The notes under the pieces were generated by a model that worked only from the letters and a program-made list of their open reading frames with translations, was not told the origin of the DNA and did not search any database. Source: a virus (Duplodnaviria > Heunggongvirae > Uroviricota > Caudoviricetes). Taken from it: a DNA stretch of 64,000 nucleotides. The position numbers were made by a program, and so were the translations under genes. Shown here piece by piece: positions 8,810 through 19,239 of the stretch. Positions within the stretch are counted from its first letter, which is position 1. Each line of letters starts with the position of its first letter. The stretch lies in the IMG/VR virus record IMGVR_UViG_3300033804_000036. One strand, written 5' to 3'.

Positions 8810-10483
8810 ATGATGAGTTGGATAGCTGAAGAAACCATCAAACGAGTTTGTCAGAACACATGCGTATTCCTCTTGCACACAAGGGACAAGGCTAGAACAG
8901 ACCAGGCTCGGAAATGGATTGTGAAGCTGATGAATGCGAAGGACGGCGAACAATTGACGTTTACCCGCGGACTGGAATTTGACATTCAAAGACAGGAACT
9001 TCTTGACATCGGAAACAAACTGTCAGTAGTAGAACCGTCAACTCTTCAGACCATAGACCAGCAACTGCTGGACGGCGGCACGGCGGCTCAACCTAAAAGA
9101 ACGGCGGTGTTGATACACAATGTTTTCCTGCAAAGCCACGCAGACAGCCTGAGCGATTATCTGGCGGCATGGGCGCAAGACGGCAGAATCTTCAACAACG
9201 GCGGAACAATCACCGTGGTCACAGCCAACGTTTCACTTTTCCCCGAGCCGCTACGGGAAATGTGCCACACCATCAGCCTGTACCCGCCGAGCACTGAAGA
9301 AGAAAGATTAGCGGTTGCACAGCAGGTCGTCAAGAACTTGAAGGACAACTTGAACCCTGTTGAACTGAAGAAGCTGGACTTGAGATTTCCCGCCAACATG
9401 ATTGAACAGTCAAGAGGACTCAGCCCGTCAGAAATGCAGACAGCGGTAATGGAGTCAACCCGCACACTCGGCAAAATCGATCCGGCTAAATTCACGGAAA
9501 TCAAAGCAGCAAAATTCCGCGCTCAAGGTAGAGAATACATGATTCCAACAACAGGCTACGAAGCACTTGCCGTTCCAGAATACGTTAAAGCACTCATACA
9601 AAACGCTGTAGCCATCCCACTGAAAGATCCTGAAAAAGCCAAACGGTACGGGCTGACGCTGCCTAAAGGCATCATCGTTGTAGGGCCGCCGGGAACAGGC
9701 AAGACCGCACTGGCAGAAACATTGGCTTACGAGTTGAAGTGGCCCATGATCAAAGTTGTCGCAGCAGACCTCTACAAATCCCATGTTGGAGAATCTGAAG
9801 CCGCATTGAGAGACTTTTTCCGTGACGTAGAAGCAAACGTGCCATGCGCAGTTTTCATAGATGAAATCGACGCGATACTTCCAGTCAGAGGAACCGTGAT
9901 GGCAACCGACTCAGGAGTCAACAGAAGACTCACAAACGGCATGCTTGAGGAACTAGGCGATTCGCAGAGACGCAGCTTCATAATCGCCGCAACCAACCGT
10001 ATAGGAGACGTGGACCCTGCAGCCGTCAGGCCAGGCAGGTTCGACTACATCGTGCCGATTCTGTATCCAGACCAGAAAGGCCGAATGCAGATAATAAAGA
10101 TACATTGCACCGTACGCAATCACCTGCCGATAGATGACAGCGTCAAAACTGGATACGAAGAACTTGCCAAACTCTCCGCGTGGATGAGCGGCGCCGACAT
10201 AGCTAAATGGTGTCTGGACACAGCCCGGTACGCGATGGAACAGAACCAGTATCCAGTAACCATCGACCACTTCAAAGAAGTCCGCAAATGGACAGACATC
10301 AACGTGACGGAAAGACAGAGAGAACTTGAAGAACTCACATCAGACATGCAGAGACTGAAAAGCGGTGTGAACAAAAGAATCTGGGAGCAGGCCATCGAAG
10401 AATTCACTCAAAGCGGCAGCAAAGACGAAGCAGACAGACTGAAAGCATTCACAGAAGGATTCACTTCAAAAGCAGCAGTCTAA
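8810..10483 (+). CDS. AAA+ ATPase (CDC48/FtsH-type AAA module) with a ~280-aa N-terminal domain
   Basis: Walker A GPPGTGKT, Walker B FIDEIDAI, second region of homology with an Arg finger (VRPGRFDY). Confidence 0.8.
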   Translation: MMSWIAEETIKRVCQNTCVFLLHTRDKARTDQARKWIVKLMNAKDGEQLTFTRGLEFDIQRQELLDIGNKLSVVEPSTLQTIDQQLLDGGTAAQPKRTAVLIHNVFLQSHADSLSDYLAAWAQDGRIFNNGGTITVVTANVSLFPEPLREMCHTISLYPPSTEEERLAVAQQVVKNLKDNLNPVELKKLDLRFPANMIEQSRGLSPSEMQTAVMESTRTLGKIDPAKFTEIKAAKFRAQGREYMIPTTGYEALAVPEYVKALIQNAVAIPLKDPEKAKRYGLTLPKGIIVVGPPGTGKTALAETLAYELKWPMIKVVAADLYKSHVGESEAALRDFFRDVEANVPCAVFIDEIDAILPVRGTVMATDSGVNRRLTNGMLEELGDSQRRSFIIAATNRIGDVDPAAVRPGRFDYIVPILYPDQKGRMQIIKIHCTVRNHLPIDDSVKTGYEELAKLSAWMSGADIAKWCLDTARYAMEQNQYPVTIDHFKEVRKWTDINVTERQRELEELTSDMQRLKSGVNKRIWEQAIEEFTQSGSKDEADRLKAFTEGFTSKAAV

Positions 10484-10517
10484 CTTCCCCTTCTTTTTTA
10501 TGGTGGGTGAATAACAC

Positions 10518-10844
10518 ATGTCAGAACACAGATGCTTCACCATGGGAGAGTTAGACTTTTTCGTTCTCGCATTTAAATGCTCGAAATGTGCTTATGACTT
10601 CTCGACAGATGAACAAACACTTTATGAACTCTACCTCGACATGGTTGCACAGTCAAAGATGCAAGGTGAACCGCAACTAGACAAATATGTTGACCATTAC
10701 AAGCAGGTGCTATTCTGCCCTCTTTGCCATGAACAATTGGTCGCCAGAATAAAATTTACGAAGGTTCACAAGTTTCTCAAAATAGAAGGAGTCACTTATC
10801 CAGTAGAACAAGATGCAACATGGATAGCAATGCACAAACCCTAA
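10518..10844 (+). CDS. Zinc-finger protein, 108 aa
   Basis: ggtgggtgaataacacATG. CSKCAY ... CPLCHEQ. Confidence 0.45.
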   Translation: MSEHRCFTMGELDFFVLAFKCSKCAYDFSTDEQTLYELYLDMVAQSKMQGEPQLDKYVDHYKQVLFCPLCHEQLVARIKFTKVHKFLKIEGVTYPVEQDATWIAMHKP

Positions 10845-11022
10845 TTCCCTTGAAAGAGGAAGCGCATTTGCGAGAACTGAAGAACAGTGTAGACGGAACG
10901 GAACGGCTGATCTTCGATTTAAAAATGGAAATGCAGCATATCATCGAACTAGCGCTCGCGCGCGCTAAATAACCCCTTTTTTTATGGGTGAGAAAACGAG
11001 TAAATTTCGTTCGATAAAGACA

Positions 11023-11685
11023 ATGTTAATTGCGATGTTGGAAGACATACTCTTCATGCATATGAAGTGCTTCAGGACAAAAGCCGCAACGCGGAAGCAC
11101 TGGTCAGCAGACTCTTTCAATACTGACGCTTCAACATACGATAGTGCATACTTAGAATACACCGAAGACACACATCCCATCGTTCTGTCAACTCTGAAAA
11201 AATTCTTAGGCAAGAGCATTCTTGACGTGGGCTGTGGAACAGGCAGCATACTTTCCAAGATGCCTCTTGACGTCTCCAAGTATGGAGTAGACATTTCATC
11301 TAAAATGTTGCATCTGACTAAGCGAAAACTTGGAAGGGTAGAATTGGTTGTTGCTGATTCTGAAAGTCTTCCCTACATCGACGGTGTTTTCAACACGGTA
11401 ACCTGCGTTCTTGCCTACCATCACTTCGTAGATCCTGAAACCGTTACCAAAGAACTGTTCAGGGTTCTCATACCCGGCGGCAGAGCGTTGATAGCAGACC
11501 CATATGACCCCAGCCCTTGGCATCGTCTGCACCACAACATCCTCATGCGAGCATTTTCCACTAGCGGTGACCTACATTTCTACTCGTATAGGGAGATGAA
11601 ATGGCTTATGAAGAAAGCTGGGTTCACATCAATAACATGGAACTCAACAAGTCAGAGGTTCGTAACAACAGGCGTTCGCCCTTAA
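11023..11685 (+). CDS. Class I SAM-dependent methyltransferase
   Basis: ILDVGCGTGS glycine-rich SAM motif, VADSESLP, VLAYHHF (UbiE/COQ5-like). The ATG follows the SD. The track starts at an ATG inside the motif (10984). Confidence 0.7.
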   Translation: MLIAMLEDILFMHMKCFRTKAATRKHWSADSFNTDASTYDSAYLEYTEDTHPIVLSTLKKFLGKSILDVGCGTGSILSKMPLDVSKYGVDISSKMLHLTKRKLGRVELVVADSESLPYIDGVFNTVTCVLAYHHFVDPETVTKELFRVLIPGGRALIADPYDPSPWHRLHHNILMRAFSTSGDLHFYSYREMKWLMKKAGFTSITWNSTSQRFVTTGVRP

Positions 11686-11713
11686 ACTCTCCTCTTTTTC
11701 TGGGTGAAAATGA

Positions 11714-12883
11714 ATGGAAAAGCAACTGCAACTTTTCGACTCTAAACTGAGAAACATTGAGCCGCCAGCAGAACAATCTGAGCAACCGCTACCAAAACAG
11801 GTAATAGTCTTGGAAGACTGTGAACACAGCGAGAAGCGTGTAATCTTGCCGTCAGATAAGAAGCCTGTCGTGTTGCAGGGCATGATAATAGCTCCGCATG
11901 TGCCTAGCGAAAGCAAGTTTGAAGTGCCTGTTGAAGGTTTGTCAGACGAAAAGTTCAACGGATTGAAGAATGAACTGGAAGACCTGTACCCGCCGATTGA
12001 CGAGAACTGGAAACACAAGTATGCTCGAGGCAGAGCTTGGAGAGCGGTTGGAACAAGAGTCGGACGGAATATTGTGGAAGGAGGCGTTCAGCCGGACACG
12101 ATTCAAGACAGAGTGCGAGTCCTGTACGTGCGAATGTTTCCAAGCAGCATCACAAGCTGGCCGTCGTCTATCAGAACCAAAATCTACACGGACATCATTC
12201 CAACAACCTGCTTCGCCCTTGAAAAAGAGAAGAAGGGCAACCAGCACAAAATGACTTTCATCCTGCCCTACAGCAACATTCCACGTTGGATGGAGAAAAT
12301 TGACGAGTTGAACAGGACGGAAGTAGCTAAGCTGAACGCGGCCATCGTGGAGTTTCAGCAGAGCCGAGACTACCAGACCATTGTGGATGTACTGCAAAAA
12401 TGGAACGTGGCAAACGTCTTGGAACACGCAAGCTTTGGCATCGACAACATAACATGGACTTGGCAACCGCTAAGCCTAGACTTTGAAACGGTCAAGCAGC
12501 ATGTTGAAGAAGCATGGAAAAAAGCGTTCGGAGAAGTCGACGCAACCAAAAAGAAGATGATACAAGACTTCATCGAAAACGACATGGCAGCACGCAACAA
12601 AGAGTTTGAACGGTGCATCGAAAACCTACAGGCCAGAATCAAAACCATCACGCTGAGAATCAGCACAAGACGCAAACCTGAAAGACTGAAAGAAGACATA
12701 GAAGCAATCCGGGGCATGGCTTTGAGCATGGGCGCAGAAGAACTTGCAGAAACAGTCTTACAGCCACTACAGGAAGTAATCGATCATCCTGAAAAAGCCG
12801 TGGAACTGTTTGGCACAAAAGAAGTTGACAAGGAAATAGAGGGAAGAATGCAAGCCTTCGTAAAAACCTTCAAAGGCTTTTAA
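11714..12883 (+). CDS. Hypothetical protein, 389 aa
   Basis: Long ORF after a motif copy. No recognisable domain. Confidence 0.5.
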   Translation: MEKQLQLFDSKLRNIEPPAEQSEQPLPKQVIVLEDCEHSEKRVILPSDKKPVVLQGMIIAPHVPSESKFEVPVEGLSDEKFNGLKNELEDLYPPIDENWKHKYARGRAWRAVGTRVGRNIVEGGVQPDTIQDRVRVLYVRMFPSSITSWPSSIRTKIYTDIIPTTCFALEKEKKGNQHKMTFILPYSNIPRWMEKIDELNRTEVAKLNAAIVEFQQSRDYQTIVDVLQKWNVANVLEHASFGIDNITWTWQPLSLDFETVKQHVEEAWKKAFGEVDATKKKMIQDFIENDMAARNKEFERCIENLQARIKTITLRISTRRKPERLKEDIEAIRGMALSMGAEELAETVLQPLQEVIDHPEKAVELFGTKEVDKEIEGRMQAFVKTFKGF

Positions 12884-12941
12884 ACCCCTTCCTTTTTTCT
12901 ATGGGTGAACGTATATATACTCCACTGTTTGACTCATATCT

Positions 12942-13682
12942 ATGCCAATAACAAAGCTAGTGCTAGAATCTGCATGTAAAGAATCATGGGAGCTAGGATA
13001 CATTCTTGGCGTAATATGTGGAGATGGTTTCATCCGTCAACAGCATTACGTCTGCCTGACAACAACCAACAAAGAGTTTGCACTTGCTTTTAATAATGTT
13101 CTCCAAAGATGGAGCGGTGTGAAACCATACTTATATGAATATGACAGAGCAATCAAGGGCAAACCATATCATTACTACTATGCAGGTATTGCATCGAAGA
13201 CTGCAGTAGCAATACTCAGAAATATAGGACAATTCGGAACTTATACATGGAACATTCCCGATATTGTTTCTCATAATAGAGACATGACAAAGGGCTTTCT
13301 AAGTGGGTGGTTTGATTCAGAAGGAAATATTTCTAACTGTTATCTTCACAGAAAGATTAGAGGATTCAGCGTTAACAAGGCAGGTTTACTTCAAGTTAAG
13401 CAGTTGCTTGCGATGTTTAAAATTGAATCATATGTAGGTCTCTTTATGAAGCAGAACTCGAAAGTCTGGACAGATAATCCACGACCATACTATTACATAG
13501 CATTCGAAGGAAGGGAGAAATTAATAAAATTCAAAGATACCGTTACATTTCAACGGCAAACAATGACCGAGAAATTAGCAAAATTACTCCAATCATACAG
13601 AAATATGGACGTAGAAGATGGCAGAATGAAAGGACTGCTCAGTTGTTGGCATAACGAGGGTGAAATAAATAAAGGAGTGTGA
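12942..13682 (+). CDS. LAGLIDADG homing endonuclease, two-motif, free-standing
   Basis: LGYILGVICGDGFI and KGFLSGWFDSEGNIS. A tatatatac TATA-like element lies upstream, where the GGGTGAA motif is absent. Confidence 0.75.
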   Translation: MPITKLVLESACKESWELGYILGVICGDGFIRQQHYVCLTTTNKEFALAFNNVLQRWSGVKPYLYEYDRAIKGKPYHYYYAGIASKTAVAILRNIGQFGTYTWNIPDIVSHNRDMTKGFLSGWFDSEGNISNCYLHRKIRGFSVNKAGLLQVKQLLAMFKIESYVGLFMKQNSKVWTDNPRPYYYIAFEGREKLIKFKDTVTFQRQTMTEKLAKLLQSYRNMDVEDGRMKGLLSCWHNEGEINKGV

Positions 13683-14077
13683 ATGCAATATCGCATTATA
13701 CAATCTATAAAACCTGCATCGACAACATCACGTCTCAGCAGTTGCGCGACGCCATCAACCTTCTAAGCAAACTGATTCCAGGCTCAGAGATAATCTACCA
13801 GAACGAAACCTACCAAGGAGAAACTCAGACGTTTGAAATAGGCATCAAAAGCCGTGAACTTCCGAATGGCATGGGCTTTTCAGTGTGCGACGGCAAAGTC
13901 TACATTCACGGCGACGAATACATGCAGAGAGGCGAGTTTAACAGAATCAAGAAACTCGTGGAGAAAGGCAGTATCTTCGCAGCCAGCAAGATTGCTCAGG
14001 CAGCCAAGAACAACCGCAAAGTCGTCACGAAAACACAGATCGTAGAGTCAGAAATCATCATGGAAGTGGAAGGATGA
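13679..14077 (+). CDS. Hypothetical protein, 132 aa
   Basis: GTG start overlapping the upstream stop (GTGTGA), which suggests translational coupling. Confidence 0.4.
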   Translation: MNAISHYTIYKTCIDNITSQQLRDAINLLSKLIPGSEIIYQNETYQGETQTFEIGIKSRELPNGMGFSVCDGKVYIHGDEYMQRGEFNRIKKLVEKGSIFAASKIAQAAKNNRKVVTKTQIVESEIIMEVEG

Positions 14078-14268
14078 GACGCAAAATCACCTTCAAAATA
14101 AACATTGAAGACGGAACAATCGCAACTGACGCGCAGGGATTCAAAGGGCAAACCTGCATCAAAGAAACAGAGAAGCTTTTAGCCGGGCTAAACGCGAAAT
14201 GTCAGAGTAGAAACCTCAAGCCGGAATGGAACTATGTCGACCAAGAAACAGGAGTCGGACAGTCCTAA
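14074..14268 (+). CDS. Hypothetical protein, 64 aa
   Basis: ATGA start/stop overlap with the upstream gene. Confidence 0.35.
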   Translation: MRRKITFKINIEDGTIATDAQGFKGQTCIKETEKLLAGLNAKCQSRNLKPEWNYVDQETGVGQS

Positions 14269-14391
14269 AGTAGAGTTGGCGATCAGAGGCAGCCAAGTCA
14301 TGGTGATGACTCCCATCAACGAGGCCGAAGAGAAACATTTAGACGAGTGGCTGAAAGATGTTGTAGTAGGCAAATCGAAGGTGCCGTGTGG

Positions 14392-14535
14392 ATGAAACTC
14401 GTGACAGTTCTGATATCTGAAAACGCTCTGGAGCTAATCGACGAACTTGTTAGAGAGAACATCTATCCAAGCCGAAGCTCCGCCATCAGGACAGGAGTGC
14501 AACTGCTACTAAGAAAAGAACATAAATATCCATAA
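14392..14535 (+). CDS. Ribbon-helix-helix (CopG/Arc-like) DNA-binding protein
   Basis: MKLVTVLISENALELIDELV ... SRSSAIRTGVQLL is the RHH pattern. The track ORF starts at an upstream GTG (14347). Confidence 0.45.
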   Translation: MKLVTVLISENALELIDELVRENIYPSRSSAIRTGVQLLLRKEHKYP

Positions 14536-14561
14536 TCTCTCCTTTTTTATTGGGTGATAAA

Positions 14562-14795
14562 ATGAGCGAGAATCCTGAAGCAGATTGGTGGTTCAAAGAA
14601 TACACATTTATGAACGATCTTGTTAAAAAAATCAAAGCGCGTTTACAACAGATAGATGTGTTCACTGTAACCCAAACTCAATATGATATTGCTTGTCACG
14701 ATGTTTTTCGCATGGTTGACCAAGAATTAGACGATCAGGAAACACGCCAAGCGGAACATGCACGACAACTGATAAACAAGAGCGCTCAAAAATAA
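14562..14795 (+). CDS. Hypothetical protein
   Basis: tgggtgataaaATG motif start. Confidence 0.45.
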   Translation: MSENPEADWWFKEYTFMNDLVKKIKARLQQIDVFTVTQTQYDIACHDVFRMVDQELDDQETRQAEHARQLINKSAQK

Positions 14796-14820
14796 CTCTC
14801 CTTTTTTTATGGGTGAAAGT

Positions 14821-15759
14821 ATGTTTGAAGCGGTTCTTGACATTCTTGAGAAAGCAACTAAAAGCGTCGTCAACATAAGCACAATCAAACTTGTCCATCA
14901 AATGTTTCTTCAGCCAGTTCCACAGCAGGGCATAGGTTCAGGAACAATAGTCGACAGTAGAGGATACATACTCACGAATAACCATGTTATCGGCGGAGCA
15001 GACAAGATAAGCGTCACTTTATGGAATGACGAGGTGCTGGAAGGAAACTTGGTGAGTTCATGCGCCGTCCATGACATAGCGGTTGTGAAAGTGTCGCCGA
15101 GAAAAGCTTTAGAAGTTGCAGAACTGGGAGACTCGGACAAGCTGAGAGTCGGCCAAAGAGTCTACGCGATTGGAAACCCCTTCGGCCTTGCAGGCGGATC
15201 ATCAGTGACTGCAGGAGTCGTAAGCGCCGTGAAAAGAACCATAGAAGGACCTCAAAGCGCCTTGATGGAGAATCTTGTGCAGACAGACGCGGCGATCAAC
15301 CCGGGCAACAGTGGAGGCCCGCTTGTAACAGTGGGAGGCAAAGTCATCGCGATAAACACGGCAATCATTCCTTTTGCTCAGGGAATAGGGTTTGCCATTC
15401 CCATAAACGCGGCGAAGGAATGTACAGGCGAAGCCCTCACGGGCAAACAGTCTAACAGACCTTGGCTTGGAATAATAGGCGTAAGCATCGTTCCATCAAT
15501 GCATCTGCATCATTTAGGATTCAATGTTGAACAGGGAATTCTAGTCACAAAAGTTGTGGAAGAAAGCCCTGCTCAACATGCAGGAATCTTGGCTGGAGAT
15601 ATCATTCTCAAAGTAGACAATCATCTGTTACAGAACGTTGAAGACCTCATCAGCGAAACACGCAGCAAAAAAGTCGGCGACAAAATGAAACTTTTAGTAA
15701 TACATGACAAAACGGAAAAAGAAAGGACAGTCGAAGCCATACTAAGCAAAATCCCCTAA
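14821..15759 (+). CDS. HtrA/DegP-family trypsin-like serine protease with a PDZ domain
   Basis: TNNHVI (His), GNSGGPLV (Ser). The C-terminal PDZ reads GILVTKVVEESPAQHAGILAGDIILKVD. Confidence 0.8.
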   Translation: MFEAVLDILEKATKSVVNISTIKLVHQMFLQPVPQQGIGSGTIVDSRGYILTNNHVIGGADKISVTLWNDEVLEGNLVSSCAVHDIAVVKVSPRKALEVAELGDSDKLRVGQRVYAIGNPFGLAGGSSVTAGVVSAVKRTIEGPQSALMENLVQTDAAINPGNSGGPLVTVGGKVIAINTAIIPFAQGIGFAIPINAAKECTGEALTGKQSNRPWLGIIGVSIVPSMHLHHLGFNVEQGILVTKVVEESPAQHAGILAGDIILKVDNHLLQNVEDLISETRSKKVGDKMKLLVIHDKTEKERTVEAILSKIP

Positions 15760-15781
15760 CCTTTTTCTAGGGTGAATTTGG

Positions 15782-16327
15782 ATGGAAGAAGAAAAATTCT
15801 TCATTCGAATAGCTGTAGAACCTTTATGGAAGGATAGAGGCGCTCCCCAAACGGAGTACAGAACGCATGAAAGATACACGCAGCTATACATGCAAGATGG
15901 CATATACAATGTTGGAGTTGGCAATGAAAGAGGATTGCTCAACAACTGGCAATTTAGCAACAGAACAGATGCTGATGGAAAGTTTGACGAATATGTGAAT
16001 GAATGCGGGATGAATGAAGACTTATGGAAAACTGTTCAGGAAGAAAATTCAAAGCTAACGCTGAAGCAGGTGATAGAATGTTACTTTAAGCCAGGCGACT
16101 TCCTCCGCGAAGGCATGGACGCATGGCTTGACCGAATCAAAAAAGAGGCTCATGTTCCATACTGTTATCATAACCTTTACAGCAACTCTTCTGGGTTTCT
16201 GGCAAAAGTGAAAATGTGGAGACGGGCCAAATCGCCGCAGAACGGAGAACCATTCACAGATAAAGTTGAAATCTTCATCGAAAACAATGGTCTAGGACAC
16301 ATGGTTCTACACATGGAAAGCATATAA
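15782..16327 (+). CDS. Hypothetical protein, 181 aa
   Basis: ORF after motif tagggtgaatttggATG. Confidence 0.5.
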   Translation: MEEEKFFIRIAVEPLWKDRGAPQTEYRTHERYTQLYMQDGIYNVGVGNERGLLNNWQFSNRTDADGKFDEYVNECGMNEDLWKTVQEENSKLTLKQVIECYFKPGDFLREGMDAWLDRIKKEAHVPYCYHNLYSNSSGFLAKVKMWRRAKSPQNGEPFTDKVEIFIENNGLGHMVLHMESI

Positions 16328-16359
16328 CTTTCCTCTCTTTTTTGGTTGGGTGAAAAATA

Positions 16360-16566
16360 ATGGGAGCAAACTCTTATGAAGAACTGCTGAAACATGTAGG
16401 ACATAAGATAGTGTGCGTCTGCTATGGACTGCCAACGAAACCTGACAGGAGGAGCTACCTACGCAACACAATCATCAAGAAAGAAGATCAGCCTGCAAAC
16501 GTGGCTGTCGAATGTGAAACTTGCCACGTAGTCCTGATAGATTTCGACAGGCCAGATAAGAAGTGA
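16360..16566 (+). CDS. Small zinc-ribbon protein
   Basis: CVCYG ... CETCH. Confidence 0.45.
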   Translation: MGANSYEELLKHVGHKIVCVCYGLPTKPDRRSYLRNTIIKKEDQPANVAVECETCHVVLIDFDRPDKK

Positions 16567-17027
16567 TAAGCATGAGTCTTGAAGAGTATGGACCGAGCGG
16601 CCATTACGCGAACCAGTGGCCTATTCGCAGTTTGTCAGGACGTATGACTCAGGACAAGGTTTGCGTGTCATGCGGCGTCACGCAGCCACAATGGTCTAAA
16701 GGCAAGTTTTGCAGCCGATGTGGAAGAGAATTCACTAAAGGCCCAGAGCATCCAGCGGTCTATCTGGTCAGTCTACGCGAAGACGGACGCTACGAGTGCA
16801 GTTGCCCAGCGTCGATTTACGGACGCAAAGAACGCGGAGACTGCAAACACATCATTTTCGTCAGGGAACATGAAGCACAAATCCGCGAAGCCATCCAGGT
16901 AACCAGAAGAACAGGCGGAACACAACGGATTGGAAACGACGCGATGGAACTAGACGTGGTGAACGGACGCATCGAACTCATCGAAAACGGACGCAACAAA
17001 GCATTCGCCAACAGCTTCAAACTATAA
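16563..17027 (+). CDS. Cys-rich hypothetical protein, 154 aa
   Basis: CVSCG ... CSRCG ... CSCP ... CKH. ATGA overlap with the upstream gene. Confidence 0.45.
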   Translation: MISMSLEEYGPSGHYANQWPIRSLSGRMTQDKVCVSCGVTQPQWSKGKFCSRCGREFTKGPEHPAVYLVSLREDGRYECSCPASIYGRKERGDCKHIIFVREHEAQIREAIQVTRRTGGTQRIGNDAMELDVVNGRIELIENGRNKAFANSFKL

Positions 17028-17060
17028 ACTTCCCTCCTTTTTCTGTTTTCGGGTGAAAAA

Positions 17061-17249
17061 ATGGACTATTTAGTGCGCGTAAAATTCTTTGCAAATCTTG
17101 GAGAACACGATACAAAAGAAGTATGTAAACAGGTAATAACCGAACTGGGAAACTATGTAGAAATTCCTGACGTTAGCGCCGAAGCGAAAGAACATGGAAT
17201 AGACAAAGTAGACTTCATCACTATCGAAGTTTTTGCGCGTCTTCACTAA
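17061..17249 (+). CDS. Hypothetical protein, 62 aa
   Basis: cgggtgaaaaaATG motif start. Confidence 0.4.
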   Translation: MDYLVRVKFFANLGEHDTKEVCKQVITELGNYVEIPDVSAEAKEHGIDKVDFITIEVFARLH

Positions 17250-17267
17250 CCCCTTTTTTCTTTCTGG

Positions 17268-17627
17268 GTGAAAATGATGTTTGAACGTTTCGCGTTGGAA
17301 ATCGAATACGTCATGCCTGCTGCACCAGATCCACTGCATAACAATTGTTTTCGGGCAGCAATCTGTCTCGCAAAAGACCAAAAGCGCCATAAACTAGTAG
17401 CCGCTGCTCAATTCAACATTAAACAGATACCAGGCGATACCGAACAAACAGCAGCATGGTGGGCAATCAAAGAAGAAGGCGGAATCTACTACCTATACTT
17501 CTATCCTTGGCTGCTTTTGCAAGCAGACCGAAAAAATGAACAACAAAAAGGATGGAATCTAACCACAAACCGTAGATGGACACTGTTAAAAATTCGCCAC
17601 ACATTTCTGCAAATGCTCAAACTTTAA
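17268..17627 (+). CDS. Hypothetical protein, 119 aa
   Basis: ctgggtgaaaATGATG motif start. Confidence 0.45.
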   Translation: MKMMFERFALEIEYVMPAAPDPLHNNCFRAAICLAKDQKRHKLVAAAQFNIKQIPGDTEQTAAWWAIKEEGGIYYLYFYPWLLLQADRKNEQQKGWNLTTNRRWTLLKIRHTFLQMLKL

Positions 17628-17660
17628 ACTTCCCTTTTTTTTCTAACTGGGTGACTAAGA

Positions 17661-17852
17661 ATGCGACCTATCTGGGAATTTCTTGGGATATCATACGAAA
17701 AATACAACAGAACTGTGAACCATACAGGCAAAAAAGGCAGATACCAGCCATGCGGCTTCAAAGGTTGCTCAAAATGGCGTCAAGACGGGTACACACTATG
17801 TAGAGAGCATTATCAAATGTTCATTGCCTGGCAAAAGGCACAAGGAGAATGA
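17661..17852 (+). CDS. Small zinc-binding protein, 63 aa
   Basis: gggtgactaagaATG. CGFKGC ... CREH. Confidence 0.45.
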   Translation: MRPIWEFLGISYEKYNRTVNHTGKKGRYQPCGFKGCSKWRQDGYTLCREHYQMFIAWQKAQGE

Positions 17853-18280
17853 TTCTAATGCCGAAGAAAAAGACGGAGCCGTTGCCGCCTGATCCGACTA
17901 AGACTTTGCCTGAAAACGAGCTTGCACAATTCTTGAAGGACAATGTTCTTCCAGAACAGAAAGAGCAAGTGCGGAAAGACTGCATTAAACACATGTGCAG
18001 AATAATGTTTGAAGCTCCTGAAACCGCTGCTACAGTCAACGTGGAAGACGGCAGGATGAAAGGATTGCTCACATGTTGGCATGACGATTCAGGACAGGAA
18101 CTGGCTGAAGAACTTCTCAGCGCATGCATGTACGCAGCATACACCACGCTGAAAAAAGGCAGTTGCCAACACGTTTACGTGCAGGACTTAGCAGCCGCAC
18201 TCAATCGTAGAGGACTACTTCGAAACGAACAGGGATACGAAGAATTCATAAAAGAAGGCTGCCGATACCTAGACACTTAA
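17849..18280 (+). CDS. Hypothetical protein, 143 aa
   Basis: aaggag RBS. Overlaps the upstream stop. Confidence 0.45.
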   Translation: MILMPKKKTEPLPPDPTKTLPENELAQFLKDNVLPEQKEQVRKDCIKHMCRIMFEAPETAATVNVEDGRMKGLLTCWHDDSGQELAEELLSACMYAAYTTLKKGSCQHVYVQDLAAALNRRGLLRNEQGYEEFIKEGCRYLDT

Positions 18281-18313
18281 CTTCCCACTCCCTTTTTCTA
18301 TTGGGTGAAACAA

Positions 18314-18559
18314 ATGAAAAGAAAGTTTGCAGGCAGAATGTTTGTCAGACGAATCGGAGACAAAGCAATACTGATAGGCGTAATCGACCTGCCCGAGAAA
18401 AGTGATATTCAGACAGAAGCGTTACACAGTTTCCATGGAATGGAAACAAAATTCGGAGACTTCATGCTGACCACAACAGCAGAGATAGAGGACGTCACAG
18501 CCATGGCGAGAGGAGTAACGCCGGATGAACTTCTGACAATGCCGATTTGGAGAACGTGA
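18314..18559 (+). CDS. Hypothetical protein
   Basis: gggtgaaacaaATG motif start. Confidence 0.4.
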   Translation: MKRKFAGRMFVRRIGDKAILIGVIDLPEKSDIQTEALHSFHGMETKFGDFMLTTTAEIEDVTAMARGVTPDELLTMPIWRT

Positions 18560-18825
18560 GAACCCATCGAGTGGGGCCAATGGATTCGAACGGAAGACAA
18601 GGCAACCCGTCGAGTCCTGCGACAAGTCACGGCAAAAGCGAAAGAGGAAGGATTCAACCCTAAACCATCATGGATTATGACGGTTGACCAAGTGCGAGCG
18701 CACCTAGACAAGAAACATCCAGAAAACGCTCCCCACGAACTACCGCTAGGACTTAACGGCATGTACCTGTTAAGATTCGTCAAGCCAAAACCAAATTAAA
18801 CTTCCTTCTTTTTTCGGGTGATTGA

Positions 18826-19089
18826 ATGGGAACATGTCCGAAATGTAAGAAGCAAATAGAAACTCTGATGCGGCTTGAAACTCGAGAATTCAAAGACGTA
18901 GCAACATACGACCCTGACTCAGACACGTTAGAGTATGAACCAGAAGACGAATGGACTGGCAACGGATACGGCAACACGCTCAAAGAAGAATTCAGGTGCC
19001 CAGAATGTGAAGCCGTCCTGTTCACAACGGAGGAAGAAGCAAAAAAATTCTTAACATGGACTGAGGCAGGCGATGGTGATGGAAGCTAG
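18826..19089 (+). CDS. Zinc-ribbon protein, 87 aa
   Basis: cgggtgattgaATG. CPKCKK ... CPECEA. Confidence 0.5.
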   Translation: MGTCPKCKKQIETLMRLETREFKDVATYDPDSDTLEYEPEDEWTGNGYGNTLKEEFRCPECEAVLFTTEEEAKKFLTWTEAGDGDGS

Positions 19090-19239
19090 AACATACAACA
19101 CCGCCAGAGAACGCGTAATTTTAAAACGCATCCTCAGACAGCACAACATCAAGTTTGAAAAAACAGAAACCACGGAAGAACTAAGAAAAGTGGAAACACT
19201 CATCCAGTATGGCGGGATTAATTTCCCTTTTTCTTTTGG

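Noticed and set aside
9157-10407. Several 95-115-aa minus-strand ORFs inside the AAA+ ATPase gene
   Set aside because: They are embedded antisense in a gene with strong Walker A/B motifs. No independent signals were seen.
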